The notes beneath the pieces are model-generated. The model saw only the letters and a program-made list of their open reading frames with translations, made no database searches and had not been told where the DNA came from. From a cyanobacterium endosymbiont of Rhopalodia gibba (GTDB lineage Bacteria; Cyanobacteriota; Cyanobacteriia; Cyanobacteriales; Microcystaceae): a stretch of 64,000 nucleotides of DNA. Numbering within the stretch: the first letter of the stretch is position 1; every line of letters starts with the position of its first letter. The stretch is from positions 2,400,001 through 2,464,000 of the forward strand of contig CP067995.1 of assembly GCA_045159875.1 (NCBI GenBank). Direction: 5' to 3'. Position numbers and translations under genes: made by a program. This document shows positions 24,679 through 34,792 of this stretch, one piece after another.

Positions 24679-24951
24679 AGATTTCGAAGAACTGATGTAA
24701 AAAGACTCTAAACTTCTTTAAATCTAGCTCAATAATTATTCATGAACAGAACTAATTTCTGATGAGAAATGCCTTTGTTTTTAAAGTTATGTAAATATTT
24801 TTTACAATTTCTCAGTTTAGTTATCTAGATTACCAGTTTTTTGAGAACGTCAATGTTATCCTCAAATAAGAACAGGCGTTAAGATGATGAGGCCCATAGG
24901 ATTTTCCCTCTAATGTTTTTGTTAATCTCAGTGATCAGAAGGTGATTTGTT

Positions 24952-25188
24952 ATGATGCTCCCAGTTTTTCCTCTCTTATTCTTTGTAACCTCCATCGGGA
25001 GTATTTTGTGGTATCAACGGACAGATAATGATATTTTTGGAGTTTTAGCCGCTGCGAGTGCCTTGACTTGTCTAATTTGGGGATTAATCATTGCCCATTG
25101 GTCAATTCATTTGGTGAGTTTAATTATGTTGCTAAGATTTGGATCGCCTGTTTTCAACGCTATTCAAGTTAAAGTGAGCGACAAATAA
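24952..25188 (+). CDS. Small hydrophobic membrane protein
   Basis: 78 aa with 2-3 hydrophobic segments (..DIFGVLAAASALTCLIWGLIIAHWSIHL), followed by a hairpin. Confidence 0.65.
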   Translation: MMLPVFPLLFFVTSIGSILWYQRTDNDIFGVLAAASALTCLIWGLIIAHWSIHLVSLIMLLRFGSPVFNAIQVKVSDK

Positions 25189-25213
25189 GTTTAAGATCAC
25201 CAGGGAAAAGTAA

Positions 25214-25262
25214 AAAGCTGTTGGAATTTAGACTTTTTATGTCTCATCAATCCAACAGCTTT
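25214..25262. terminator. Probable bidirectional terminator between convergent small genes
   Basis: 12-bp inverted repeat AAAGCTGTTGGA...TCCAACAGCTTT between the stops at 25188 and 25279. Confidence 0.65.
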
Positions 25263-25278
25263 GGTCTAAAAAAACAAA

Positions 25279-25443
25279 TTAGTCTTCGCCACTTTCGGCG
25301 TCTTCAGCACCAGGAGTAATTTCTTCGGTAGTCGGTTGAATACTATCTTCAACCCTTCCATCTTCTTCAGAAGGACTAGAACAAGCTCCGATGATAGTAG
25401 CTAGACTAAGAGCAAAAAATAACTGCATTGTTTTTGAAGGCAT
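25279..25443 (-). CDS. Small acidic lipoprotein, 54 aa (not in the ORF track)
   Basis: MPSKTMQLFFALSLATIIGAC-SSPSEEDGRVEDSIQPTTEEITPGAEDAESGED*. It has an AGGAG RBS, lipobox IGAC, a TACAAT -10 candidate at 25478-25483 and a downstream hairpin. Confidence 0.8.
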   Translation of the reverse strand: MPSKTMQLFFALSLATIIGACSSPSEEDGRVEDSIQPTTEEITPGAEDAESGED

Positions 25444-26382
25444 AGGTATTCTCCTAAAATAATCTTCTAAAGCTCCTATTGTAGATATAAATACTTATTT
25501 TTTTCAATAACAGAGATTAACAAAATATAATATGTAGTTCCAATAACCCCTGTTGACAAATGATGATTTTGACTATTGACTCAGGTTTTTACGTCCAAAA
25601 AATAAAATGATCTAATTAAGAAAATATCTAAAGTTAATTTTGTTGATGAGATGAAAACTGTAGTTTAGTAAGTAAAATCAGCTAAGAATAATGCTGAGGC
25701 TTATAAAACCCGCTCTCAAAGTTGAAAAGTATAAAATATGCTTGAAACTTCTCTAGAACGTAATTTTTAAAAAAAATAGCAGTTTATCCTCAATATATTC
25801 ATTCTTCTTTAGTTGTTAAGGGAAAAGAATGTTCTATAGAAGCCATACGGATAATGTTTTTACAGAGGGTAAGTGATTTTTGCGTTCTGATGTTTTGTTT
25901 ATCTTGTTTCTCAATATTTTTAAGACTTATTAGGGGAGTGAATTGGTATATTGAAAATACTGAAGGGAAAAAGATCTATAGATTTAAAGCAAGTTTAATG
26001 TTAGCATGTCTGTTTTTCAAAACATTATGTTAGGCTTGTGACCTAAGCAGTTTAATTAGTAGTGATAGGATAGATTAAAAATTGAGTTAAAAAGCCAGCT
26101 AAACAGAAAATTTTGTTTAATATAGATTAAGATTCGTCGTTTAATTTTTGCTCAAAAAAACCCTATAATTTAATTTTCTATCTAAAACTTGTACAAATTT
26201 GTTACGTCAATGAGGAAGTTTATAATAATGAGGAAGTTTCTAATTAGAGAAGTATTATTAATTATAAAAATAATTAATAATTAAGGCTATTTTAGCCTAG
26301 CTATGAGAAAAGCATAGTAAACAAAGTCTGACGATATTGCTTTGTAAGCTTTCTACAACTCCCTACAATTTCTCCTCTCTAG

Positions 26383-27051
26383 TTAAAGAACAACTTGGCT
26401 CAGAATATATTGCAGACGATCATAATCGTCTTTCAGTAAAATACTTAAACTTCGTCCTACTTTAACTAGCCAATCCCGCTCAGCTTTTCGTAATAAATAA
26501 ATCTCCCGTATTGTAGCAGCAATTAAGGCTTCAGGTGGAGCATCTTTAACTTGTAGGAGAATGCGTAAAAAGTCTATTTTATCACTAAAGTGAATAATTT
26601 CTGCAGGTTGACATAGATAGACTCCCTGATGAATTTGGGGCGGACGAGGGGGTAACTATTGATAAACTCTTCCAGGAGTTTTTCCATTACCATTAACTCC
26701 ATGATCAGGAGTTTCAAAACCGACAATGGTGGTGCGAAACTCAGTGTTTAGCATAGCAAAAATTTGGGGTTGCTGCTCGCGTAAATCTGTCAAAGATAAT
26801 CCTAATGCTCGCGCTCGATGCACTGAGTCAATGGGTGAAGTGGTAGCGTAAGTGACAATCCCCAAAATTTTATTCCCTGATTCTTCATCTAAAGATTTAA
26901 CCCAACTGCCAAAAGCAGGCATCACCGGAAAGTTTAGTTCTTCAGGTTCGAGACATTGAGCTAAAAATTGAGTGGTTGATGTTTCAATTACTTCAGCAAT
27001 ATGACCCAGTTGACGGTTATCCGTTGTAAATCGGAGTAGGGGAGGACACAT
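26383..27051 (-). pseudogene. HAS-barrel domain protein interrupted by a single in-frame TAG
   Basis: The 131-aa ORF (HIAEVIETSTTQFLAQC..P.FGSWVK..PIDSVHRARALG) stops at TAG 26656-26658. It continues in frame as LPPRPPQIHQGVY...LKDDYDRLQYILSQVVL* to 26383 (223 codons in total). Confidence 0.85.
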
Positions 27052-27093
27052 AAGCTATAGCTATTCATTATCTAAATTATTAAGATAAGGGAC

Positions 27094-27126
27094 TGAGCTC
27101 CATTTAACCAATCTTAAAGGAGCTCA
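27094..27126. terminator. Stem-loop downstream of ndhS
   Basis: TGAGCTCC...GGAGCTCA inverted repeat, 20 nt after the ndhS stop. Confidence 0.5.
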
Positions 27127-27146
27127 CTATAAACGTACAATTAATG

Positions 27147-27344
27147 CTATTTCCTCTTTTTAGCAGCTGTAGGATCAAATGCTTCTAATTCAGATAGTTG
27201 GAAAGTGACGAGTTTATCCCAGTTACCTTCTTCAAATAAGATAGCAGCTTTTCCATCGCTCACCCGCTGTACAAGTCCTTCAAAACAGTAGTAAGTATCA
27301 TAAGGATTAGTAACTCGCACGGTTGTACCAGGTACAATTATCAT
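27147..27344 (-). CDS. ndhS: NDH-1 ferredoxin-docking subunit NdhS
   Basis: [50 protein letters not shown], closely matching Synechocystis Ssl0352. ATG 27344. Confidence 0.93.
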   Translation of the reverse strand: MIIVPGTTVRVTNPYDTYYCFEGLVQRVSDGKAAILFEEGNWDKLVTFQLSELEAFDPTAAKKRK

Positions 27345-29552
27345 GGTTTTTGTCTCGTTAGTAACGTTTCTCTGTATTAGCTTAACACCAAAGATATCTA
27401 GTTCATACGATAAACTGTTGTTCATCGTATGGCATAGTTCTCTATTATTTGTTTTATTTGATTATTGTTTAATATTTATATACTATAGTGACCAAAGATT
27501 ATTAGTTAACTTAACAATATTTATTCTTGTATTAACACAACTCTTAAATCTTTTATTTGCTTAATTGGTAAAATATATTTTTTCATAAACCTCAATTATC
27601 GAGGTATTTTATTTTGATAAATATTTGTTTGAATTTGGTTAATTTTTTAACTTAAAATCTTTGGTCATAAATTAGCAATTACATAAATAATAGATTGGAT
27701 TTTAGTTTGTCCGGCAATAACTAGCTTATCAAGGATAAGTAATCTTTACAGGAAAGATAAATTGTTTTCATTGATCGGTTGATTATCCTAAGCTTCTAAA
27801 ATTTTAGGATTAAAGACAGAAAGTAATTTATTATAAAGTATTGTATTTTTATTTTTTAAAAAAAATAGTGAATAATATAATAAAACAATCAAGTATTTTA
27901 GAAAAAATTAATTATGATATAGTTAATGTTTGTCCTCGTTAAAAAATACCATATTTACTTTTCAATATTTATATAATAAATGTGTAATTTTAAAATTATT
28001 TTTAATAATTTTATTGTGACTTTCAGTAGTTATTATATTAATTTTATAGACAAAGTATTATATATCTTATATGTTAGTAATTATTTGATAAGTATCTAGA
28101 GCAATATCCATTTTATTTATATCATGTGACATACAGTAAATACTCTAAATTTCGGTAAAAAAAGTTATTTTATTTTCTTCAAGCGATTTAATTCCATGAA
28201 GTGTTACTCTATTTTTAACTTTTAAAACTTTTTTTAACAGATAAATATCAATATTCATTATTAGAATATAACAAAGAACTAAGTAGAGGAAAAATTTTAT
28301 ATATTTATTTACAATATTGTTGCTTATTTAACTTATAAAAAGTTGTTTTTAACTTAAAATATTATATGTTAAAAAACAATAAAAATTATTTTTATTAGAA
28401 TTTTTTCAATTAATAAAGACTAAATCGTAAAAAGATTACTAATTATGCTTTGATTGATATATAATCCAAGGTATTATTATTGACTGGGTAAAAAATAGAG
28501 CTTAATTAATTAGACTGTAAAAGTTAAAATAATTAGATTTTAATAGTTAAAATTTTCATATATTTATGACTGCATTTCTTAAATTAGAAGTAAATATATA
28601 CTGCTTTCCAGAAAAAACTTATCACTTATTTTTTATAACTACTCAATAAATGTTTATAGTCAAGATTAACAATCTTACTGAATTTAAATTATTTAAAAGT
28701 TTATTTTCTTTTATTAGACAATAAAATCTGTTTAATTAATTAAAAGCAATAATCATATATACTTTCTTCTGTTATGTCTGTTTAGTGTTCTTTTGATTTT
28801 CGAAAAAATACTAAAATCATAATAAATATATATTTTTTGATATTAAAAAAATATTATCGAACGTTAATCGATAAAAAAAAATAGAAAAAATATCCTAATC
28901 AACTAATAAAGTTATTATACAATAAATGCAACCTATCAATAAATTAAATAAAAACTAATTGTATTTCCGTAATATTTCTTGATTAAACTTATTTAAAGCT
29001 AATTAAAATAAGGAGCAATAGATACTTAAATATTAGCAAATAAATTAATAAAGTGAATTATTGCCTAAATTATATTAGACAATGATACCTAATAGCTTAA
29101 AAAATAAATTTTTTAAAATTAAATGATAATTATTGACGGGCTTATCAAATAAAAATTTATTTGATAAGTTTTTTCCCGAAAAACAGAGTGATTTTAAAAT
29201 TAAAATAGATAATCAATCAAGTAAAATAAAAATTTTACCGACGACTTCTAAAGTAGAGAGTTACCGTAATACTTTATCCATATTTCTATTCCATCTTTTT
29301 AATTATTTTTTGAGGTTCTCAAGTAATTTAAGTAATAATTTAGTTTATCTGTCTCACTTTTTGGTTGATATATTTAGCCTTAAACTCCATCATATCCTCT
29401 TCAATTAACGTACGTTTCATCATTATTCATGTAAATAATCAAAATTCTTTCATCCATATGAAAAGGTGACATGATAGGTAAATTATGCTACATTCCTCAA
29501 AATGCCACAATAATCAAAATATGATCACGACAGACTTCTATTGGTAACTTCT

Positions 29553-32201
29553 ATGGCTAGGTTTTCTAAAACTCCTAAATCACTTACAGGTGCTCAAATT
29601 CGAGAGAAATTTCTTAAATTCTACGAGGAAAAACAACACAAAATCTTACCCAGTGCATCTTTAATTCCAGAAGATCCTTCTGTACTTCTAACCATTGCAG
29701 GGATGTTACCTTTTAAACCTATCTTCTTGGGAAAACAAAAACCAGACTATCCTCGGGCTACCACTTCGCAAAAGTGTATTCGTACCAATGATATCGAAAA
29801 TGTGGGACGTACTGCGAGACACCATACTTTTTTCGAGATGTTGGGAAATTTCAGTTTTGGGGATTATTTTAAAGAACAAGCAATTGCCTACGCTTGGGAA
29901 TTATCAACTCAAGTGTTTAAACTACCCCCAGAAAATCTTGTTGTGAGCGTTTTTGAGGACGATGAGGAAGCATTTGCAATTTGGCGTGATAAAATTGGCA
30001 TCTCTCCCTGTCGCATTCAAAAAATGGGGGAAAAAGATAACTTTTGGAAAGCAGGCTCCACGGGACCTTGTGGACCTTGTTCAGAGATGTATTATGACTT
30101 TCATCCTGAATTGGGGGATAATAATATTAATTTAGAAGATGACTCCCGTTTCATCGAGTTTTATAATTTGGTGTTCATGCAATATAACCGTGATGCAGAA
30201 GGGAATTTAACCCCGTTAGAAAATAAAAATATTGACACAGGAATGGGGTTAGAACGGATGGCTCAAATTCTACAGAAGGTACCTAATAATTACGAAACAG
30301 ATCTAATTTTTGCTATTATTGAAACGGCAGCAAAAATTGCTAGAATTAACTATAGAAAAACTGACGAAAAAACCAAAGTATCTTTGAAAGTAATTGGCGA
30401 TCATGTGCGGTCCGTAGTTCAGATGATAGCTGATGGAATTACTGCTTCAAATACGGATCGTGGTTATGTATTACGTCGATTGATTCGTCGAGTGGTACGT
30501 CATGGTCGGTTAATTGGAATAGATGGAGAATTTATTACTAAGGTTGCTGAAACAGCGATGCAACTTTCTGAAGAAGAATATCCTAATGTTAGAGAAAGAG
30601 AAACACTAATTAAAGAAGAATTACAACGAGAAGAATCTAGTTTTTTAGAAACTTTAGAACGCGGAGAAAGCCTATTAGCAAAAATTATCAAGAATACCTA
30701 TAAAAATAGTAAAATTTCAGGAGTGGATGCGTTTACACTTTATGATACCTATGGATTTCCTCTAGAATTAACCCAAGAAATTGCAGAAGAACAGGGGTTA
30801 ACTATTGATGTTGACGGCTTTGAAGTAGCGATGAAAGAACAGAAAGAACGGTCAAAAGCTGACTATAAAACCATTGATTTAACCGTACAAGGTAGCTTGG
30901 ATAAATTGCGTGAATATATCAATCCTACAATTTTTTTAGGCTATACAGAACCTAAAACGACGGCTAAAGTAAAAGCAATTTTGGAAAAAGGAAACCTCGT
31001 TAAAAATGCGACATTAGGAACCGATATTCAGATTGTTTTAGATCAAACTACTTTTTACGGAGAGTCGGGAGGACAAGTCGGTGATTGCGGTTATTTGACT
31101 GGGGATAATTTACTAGTTTGTATTAAAGACGTTAAGAAAGAATCGGGTATTTTTCTTCATTTTGGACGAGTTGAGCGAGGAATTATTGAAGTAGAAAATA
31201 CTATCACCGCAACTATTAATAACGCCTGTCGTCATCGAGTTCAAGCACATCATACTGCTATCCATTTATTACAAGCCGCGTTGAAAAAAATAGTTGATGA
31301 TTCTATTTCTCAAGCAGGATCATTAGTAAACTTCGAACGCTTGCGTTTCGATTTCAATTATATCCGTGGCATAAGACCGGAAGAATTACAAGAGATTGAG
31401 ACTTTAATTAATAGTTGGATCTCCGAAGCGCACGATACCCAGATATCAGTTATGGAGTTAAAAAAAGCTAGAGATAAAGGAGCAATTGCTCTGTTTGGGG
31501 AGAAATATAACACAGAAGTTCGGGTAATAGATATTCCAGGAGTTTCTATGGAATTATGTGGGGGAACTCATGTTAAGAACACTGCCGAGATTGGACTATT
31601 TAAAATTATTTCTGAAAGTGGTATTTCTTCAGGAGTAAGACGTATTGAGGCGGTGGCAGGTCATGCGGTTTTAGAATACTTAAATGTGCGAGAAATGGTG
31701 GTTAAAGAACTTTGTAATCGCTTTAAAATTAAACCAGAAGAAATTAGCAATCGTATTAAATTTCTGCAATCTGAATTAAAAACTACTCAGAAGAAATTAG
31801 AGGTAGTAAAACAGGAACTTGCTATTGCTAAATCTGACCAATTATTAAGTGAAGCTGAAGCGGTTGGTTCTTTCAAGATTTTAGTTTCAGATATGGGAGA
31901 TCTTGAGATAAAAGCTTTACAAACTGCGGCGGAAAGACTACAACAAAAATTGGGAGAAGCTGCGGTTATTTTAGCTTCAGTTCCCAGTGAAGGAAAGGTT
32001 AATTTAGTGGCTGCGTTTAGTGAAAAAGTGAATGAAGAAAAGAAACTGATGGCAGGTAAGTTCATCGGTGAAATTGCTAAAATCTGTGGAGGAGGTGGCG
32101 GAGGTCGTCCTAATTTAGCCCAGGCAGGGGGAAGGGATACTAGAAAGTTAGCTGAAGCTTTATTAACGGCTAAACAGCGATTAGTAGAGAATTTACAATA
32201 A
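29553..32201 (+). CDS. alaS: Alanine--tRNA ligase
   Basis: QKCIRTNDIENVGRTARHHTFFEMLGNFSFGDYFK, IDTGMGLER, HTAIHLL, ELCGGTHV and GGGGGGRPNLAQAGG motifs. Confidence 0.98.
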   Translation: MARFSKTPKSLTGAQIREKFLKFYEEKQHKILPSASLIPEDPSVLLTIAGMLPFKPIFLGKQKPDYPRATTSQKCIRTNDIENVGRTARHHTFFEMLGNFSFGDYFKEQAIAYAWELSTQVFKLPPENLVVSVFEDDEEAFAIWRDKIGISPCRIQKMGEKDNFWKAGSTGPCGPCSEMYYDFHPELGDNNINLEDDSRFIEFYNLVFMQYNRDAEGNLTPLENKNIDTGMGLERMAQILQKVPNNYETDLIFAIIETAAKIARINYRKTDEKTKVSLKVIGDHVRSVVQMIADGITASNTDRGYVLRRLIRRVVRHGRLIGIDGEFITKVAETAMQLSEEEYPNVRERETLIKEELQREESSFLETLERGESLLAKIIKNTYKNSKISGVDAFTLYDTYGFPLELTQEIAEEQGLTIDVDGFEVAMKEQKERSKADYKTIDLTVQGSLDKLREYINPTIFLGYTEPKTTAKVKAILEKGNLVKNATLGTDIQIVLDQTTFYGESGGQVGDCGYLTGDNLLVCIKDVKKESGIFLHFGRVERGIIEVENTITATINNACRHRVQAHHTAIHLLQAALKKIVDDSISQAGSLVNFERLRFDFNYIRGIRPEELQEIETLINSWISEAHDTQISVMELKKARDKGAIALFGEKYNTEVRVIDIPGVSMELCGGTHVKNTAEIGLFKIISESGISSGVRRIEAVAGHAVLEYLNVREMVVKELCNRFKIKPEEISNRIKFLQSELKTTQKKLEVVKQELAIAKSDQLLSEAEAVGSFKILVSDMGDLEIKALQTAAERLQQKLGEAAVILASVPSEGKVNLVAAFSEKVNEEKKLMAGKFIGEIAKICGGGGGGRPNLAQAGGRDTRKLAEALLTAKQRLVENLQ

Positions 32202-33377
32202 TGACAAAAAAAGGGTGAGTAGAAATTATTTTATTTTTTTCCCATCAATCTCAATTTTCAAATCAGTGCTTGCCCTGATGCAAATTTTCATCGAAGATGA
32301 AGTAAAATTTTTAATATATAAAGCACATAAATTGATTCAATAAAGCAATACTATTTAAGTAATTTCTCTTATCTACTCATGACCATCTCACTAGATAAAT
32401 GACACTTTCATCTTAACCTATAAAATAATTAATCACACTACGATCATGTTATGCACAACAACATGGGCTAGTCTGTAGTTGTGATAATTAAAAAACTTTT
32501 TGAAGTCCTGCTAAGTCTACTCGGTGTGAATTCTCTTTTAGATAATCATTACCTTGGTTTTAAAAGAATCGGCTTTTTGATACTAAAAATAAAGAATGGG
32601 TAATCAATAAAAGATGAGACTATTGTTTTGACTATATCCTACAACTATAAAAACTTAATTTTATTACAGCTAGCCTAGAAAGGCTATAGTTTTTAAAAAA
32701 ATTCTAACAAAAAAACGTAAATCTCACTTTTAGTATTAGTTATATTCGAACATTAATTGCCTTGTAAATTTTCCTATGATTTAGGATTTACCTTTTATGA
32801 GTAATTGCCTTAATTCACTTTTATATAGGTCTAGAAATACCAAACCATGTAAGTTTCAATAATTTTCCTATTTGATTAATCTGATAGCTAACCATCCCTA
32901 GACTATTAATTGCTATGGTGATGTTTTATAAAACATCTGATTTTCAATATTTCTTTGCTTTTTCGATTTTATCCTATTACCCTTCTGAGTTAAATTATGA
33001 TTGCAACAAACAAGTTAATTGTCCCTGATTAATTTTACACAAACTTACTGAGTCGAACATCGTAATAAGTAAGTAGGCAATACAATAACTCGCTTATCGA
33101 CAAAGAGATTAGTGATGTCTTAGAGTATAGTTAATAAAATTTTCCACTTCTTCAACACGAAGTCGTACCTAAGAAGTTTCATGATAAAAACGAATTTTGA
33201 CTAAAAATAACCTGGATATTTCAGCAGACAAAAATATTATCTACTCCCTCTAGAGGTCCTTATTGCTGATTACAAAACATGTTAATTGCCCTGAATTTAG
33301 CAATAATTTTTACTTTATAAAGTTTCTATGGTTTACTTTTGAGCAAGGAATCATAATCAAGGTAATTTTCTCTAAAA

Positions 33378-34719
33378 TTGTTTGTGATAGAATCTATTCC
33401 TGAATTTCAAACCTTTTTATTATTACAACGTTTACAATGGACTTTGAGTAAGGTGAATTACCTCAAAAATACCCAAAATCACTGTCTCGACATATTCTTT
33501 GACCAAGCCGATAGGAATATAAGGACCAGTCATTCTGAGATCTCCTTAGGCTATGAAAGAGCTTTTAACCAAAGATTGCAAGAAATTAAGCGCACCAAGT
33601 TAATACAATCAACTGTCCCAACTTATTGTCGGGGATGATCTCGCTACAATGATAGATGGCACCATTACGGTGGTGCTCTTTTTTTATGGCGAACGACTTA
33701 AAAGCTATGGAGACTTAACAATCTATATCACTAAAGAAGTCATGGATTAACTTCCAACAGATCAATCATTTTTAGGATGAAGTGCCATGTAATCTGTCTC
33801 TCTAAAAGTTGTTATGGAGACTGTCTTTGGAATCAGTCAGGGAGGGTTCTCCCGAAGACTCCAGAGTCTTATAAGTCAGTTAACTGACTTGTCTGAGTTC
33901 CCTATCGCCTCAGCCATACCCTTTTTTTCTTTCTTCCAAAAAGACTAGTAAATTTGGAGTCTTTGAGCTAAATTTATGCGAAACTGCAACTAAGTTGATG
34001 AATTAATTTATGGAGAAATAAACACTCGCCGTTCTAACCGAAATCCCAACTGTACAGATATCCTTTCTTTGCTAATGGAAGCGCCAGATAAAACAGGAGA
34101 AACCCTTAATGATAATGAATTACGCAATGAACTAATAGTCCTATAAATTGCAGGTCATGAAACAAGACAGCGATGACCTGCAATTTATATTGACTTTATT
34201 GTTTCTCCGACGTTAAAGAAAAACTTTTCAAAGAGTTAGCTGATTTTTGGGATTCCCCTGATCCAATGACAATCTTCTGTCTTGCTTACTTAACGATGGT
34301 TTGTAGTGAAATTTTACGGATTTCACCGGTAGCGATGTTAACTTTTCCAAAAGTCGCTCAAAAACCGGTCGAGATTTTGGGTTATTCCATTGTGCCAAAG
34401 ACCCTTGTTATGAGCCGTATCTACTTGACCTTGCAACATGAAGACCTTTATGCTGATATTCGTAAGTTCAGACCAGAATGCTTTCTAGAACGGGAATATT
34501 CTCCCTATAAGTTCGTTCCTTTTGGAGGTGGGGTTTGTCGTCGTTTGGAAGAAGCATTTGCTCAATTCGAAACAAGGTTAGTTCTCAGGCACTATTGTCT
34601 ATAGTCTCAGGTTATCAACTAAAGTCATGGAAAAAACAACTAGAAAATTATAACGCCATGGACTTACTTTAATCTTCAAGTCGGGGAGTTAAAATGATGA
34701 AGTCGAAAGTCCTAGATAA
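33378..34719 (+). pseudogene. Cytochrome P450 (CYP110-like) pseudogene
   Basis: Fragments LLQRLQW, ERLKSYG, ETVFG, TDILSLLMEA..TGETLNDNELRNELIVL*IAGHET, EILR and FRPECFLEREYSPYKFVPFGGGVCRRLEEAFAQFE. Many stops and frameshifts; the axial Cys position now reads Arg. Confidence 0.9.
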
Positions 34720-34792
34720 TTCACCTCAAAGAAAGACCCAACTTAATAGGGTCTAAAGTAAAACTCTTGATTCTCTATTACCTGCATCCTGA

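Noticed and set aside
29133..29408. 91-aa ORF upstream of alaS (also ORFs 27343-27564, 51283-51516 and 62428-62610)
   Set aside because: Composition dominated by AT-rich codons (F/L/I/N/K), with no RBS or recognisable motif; consistent with chance ORFs.
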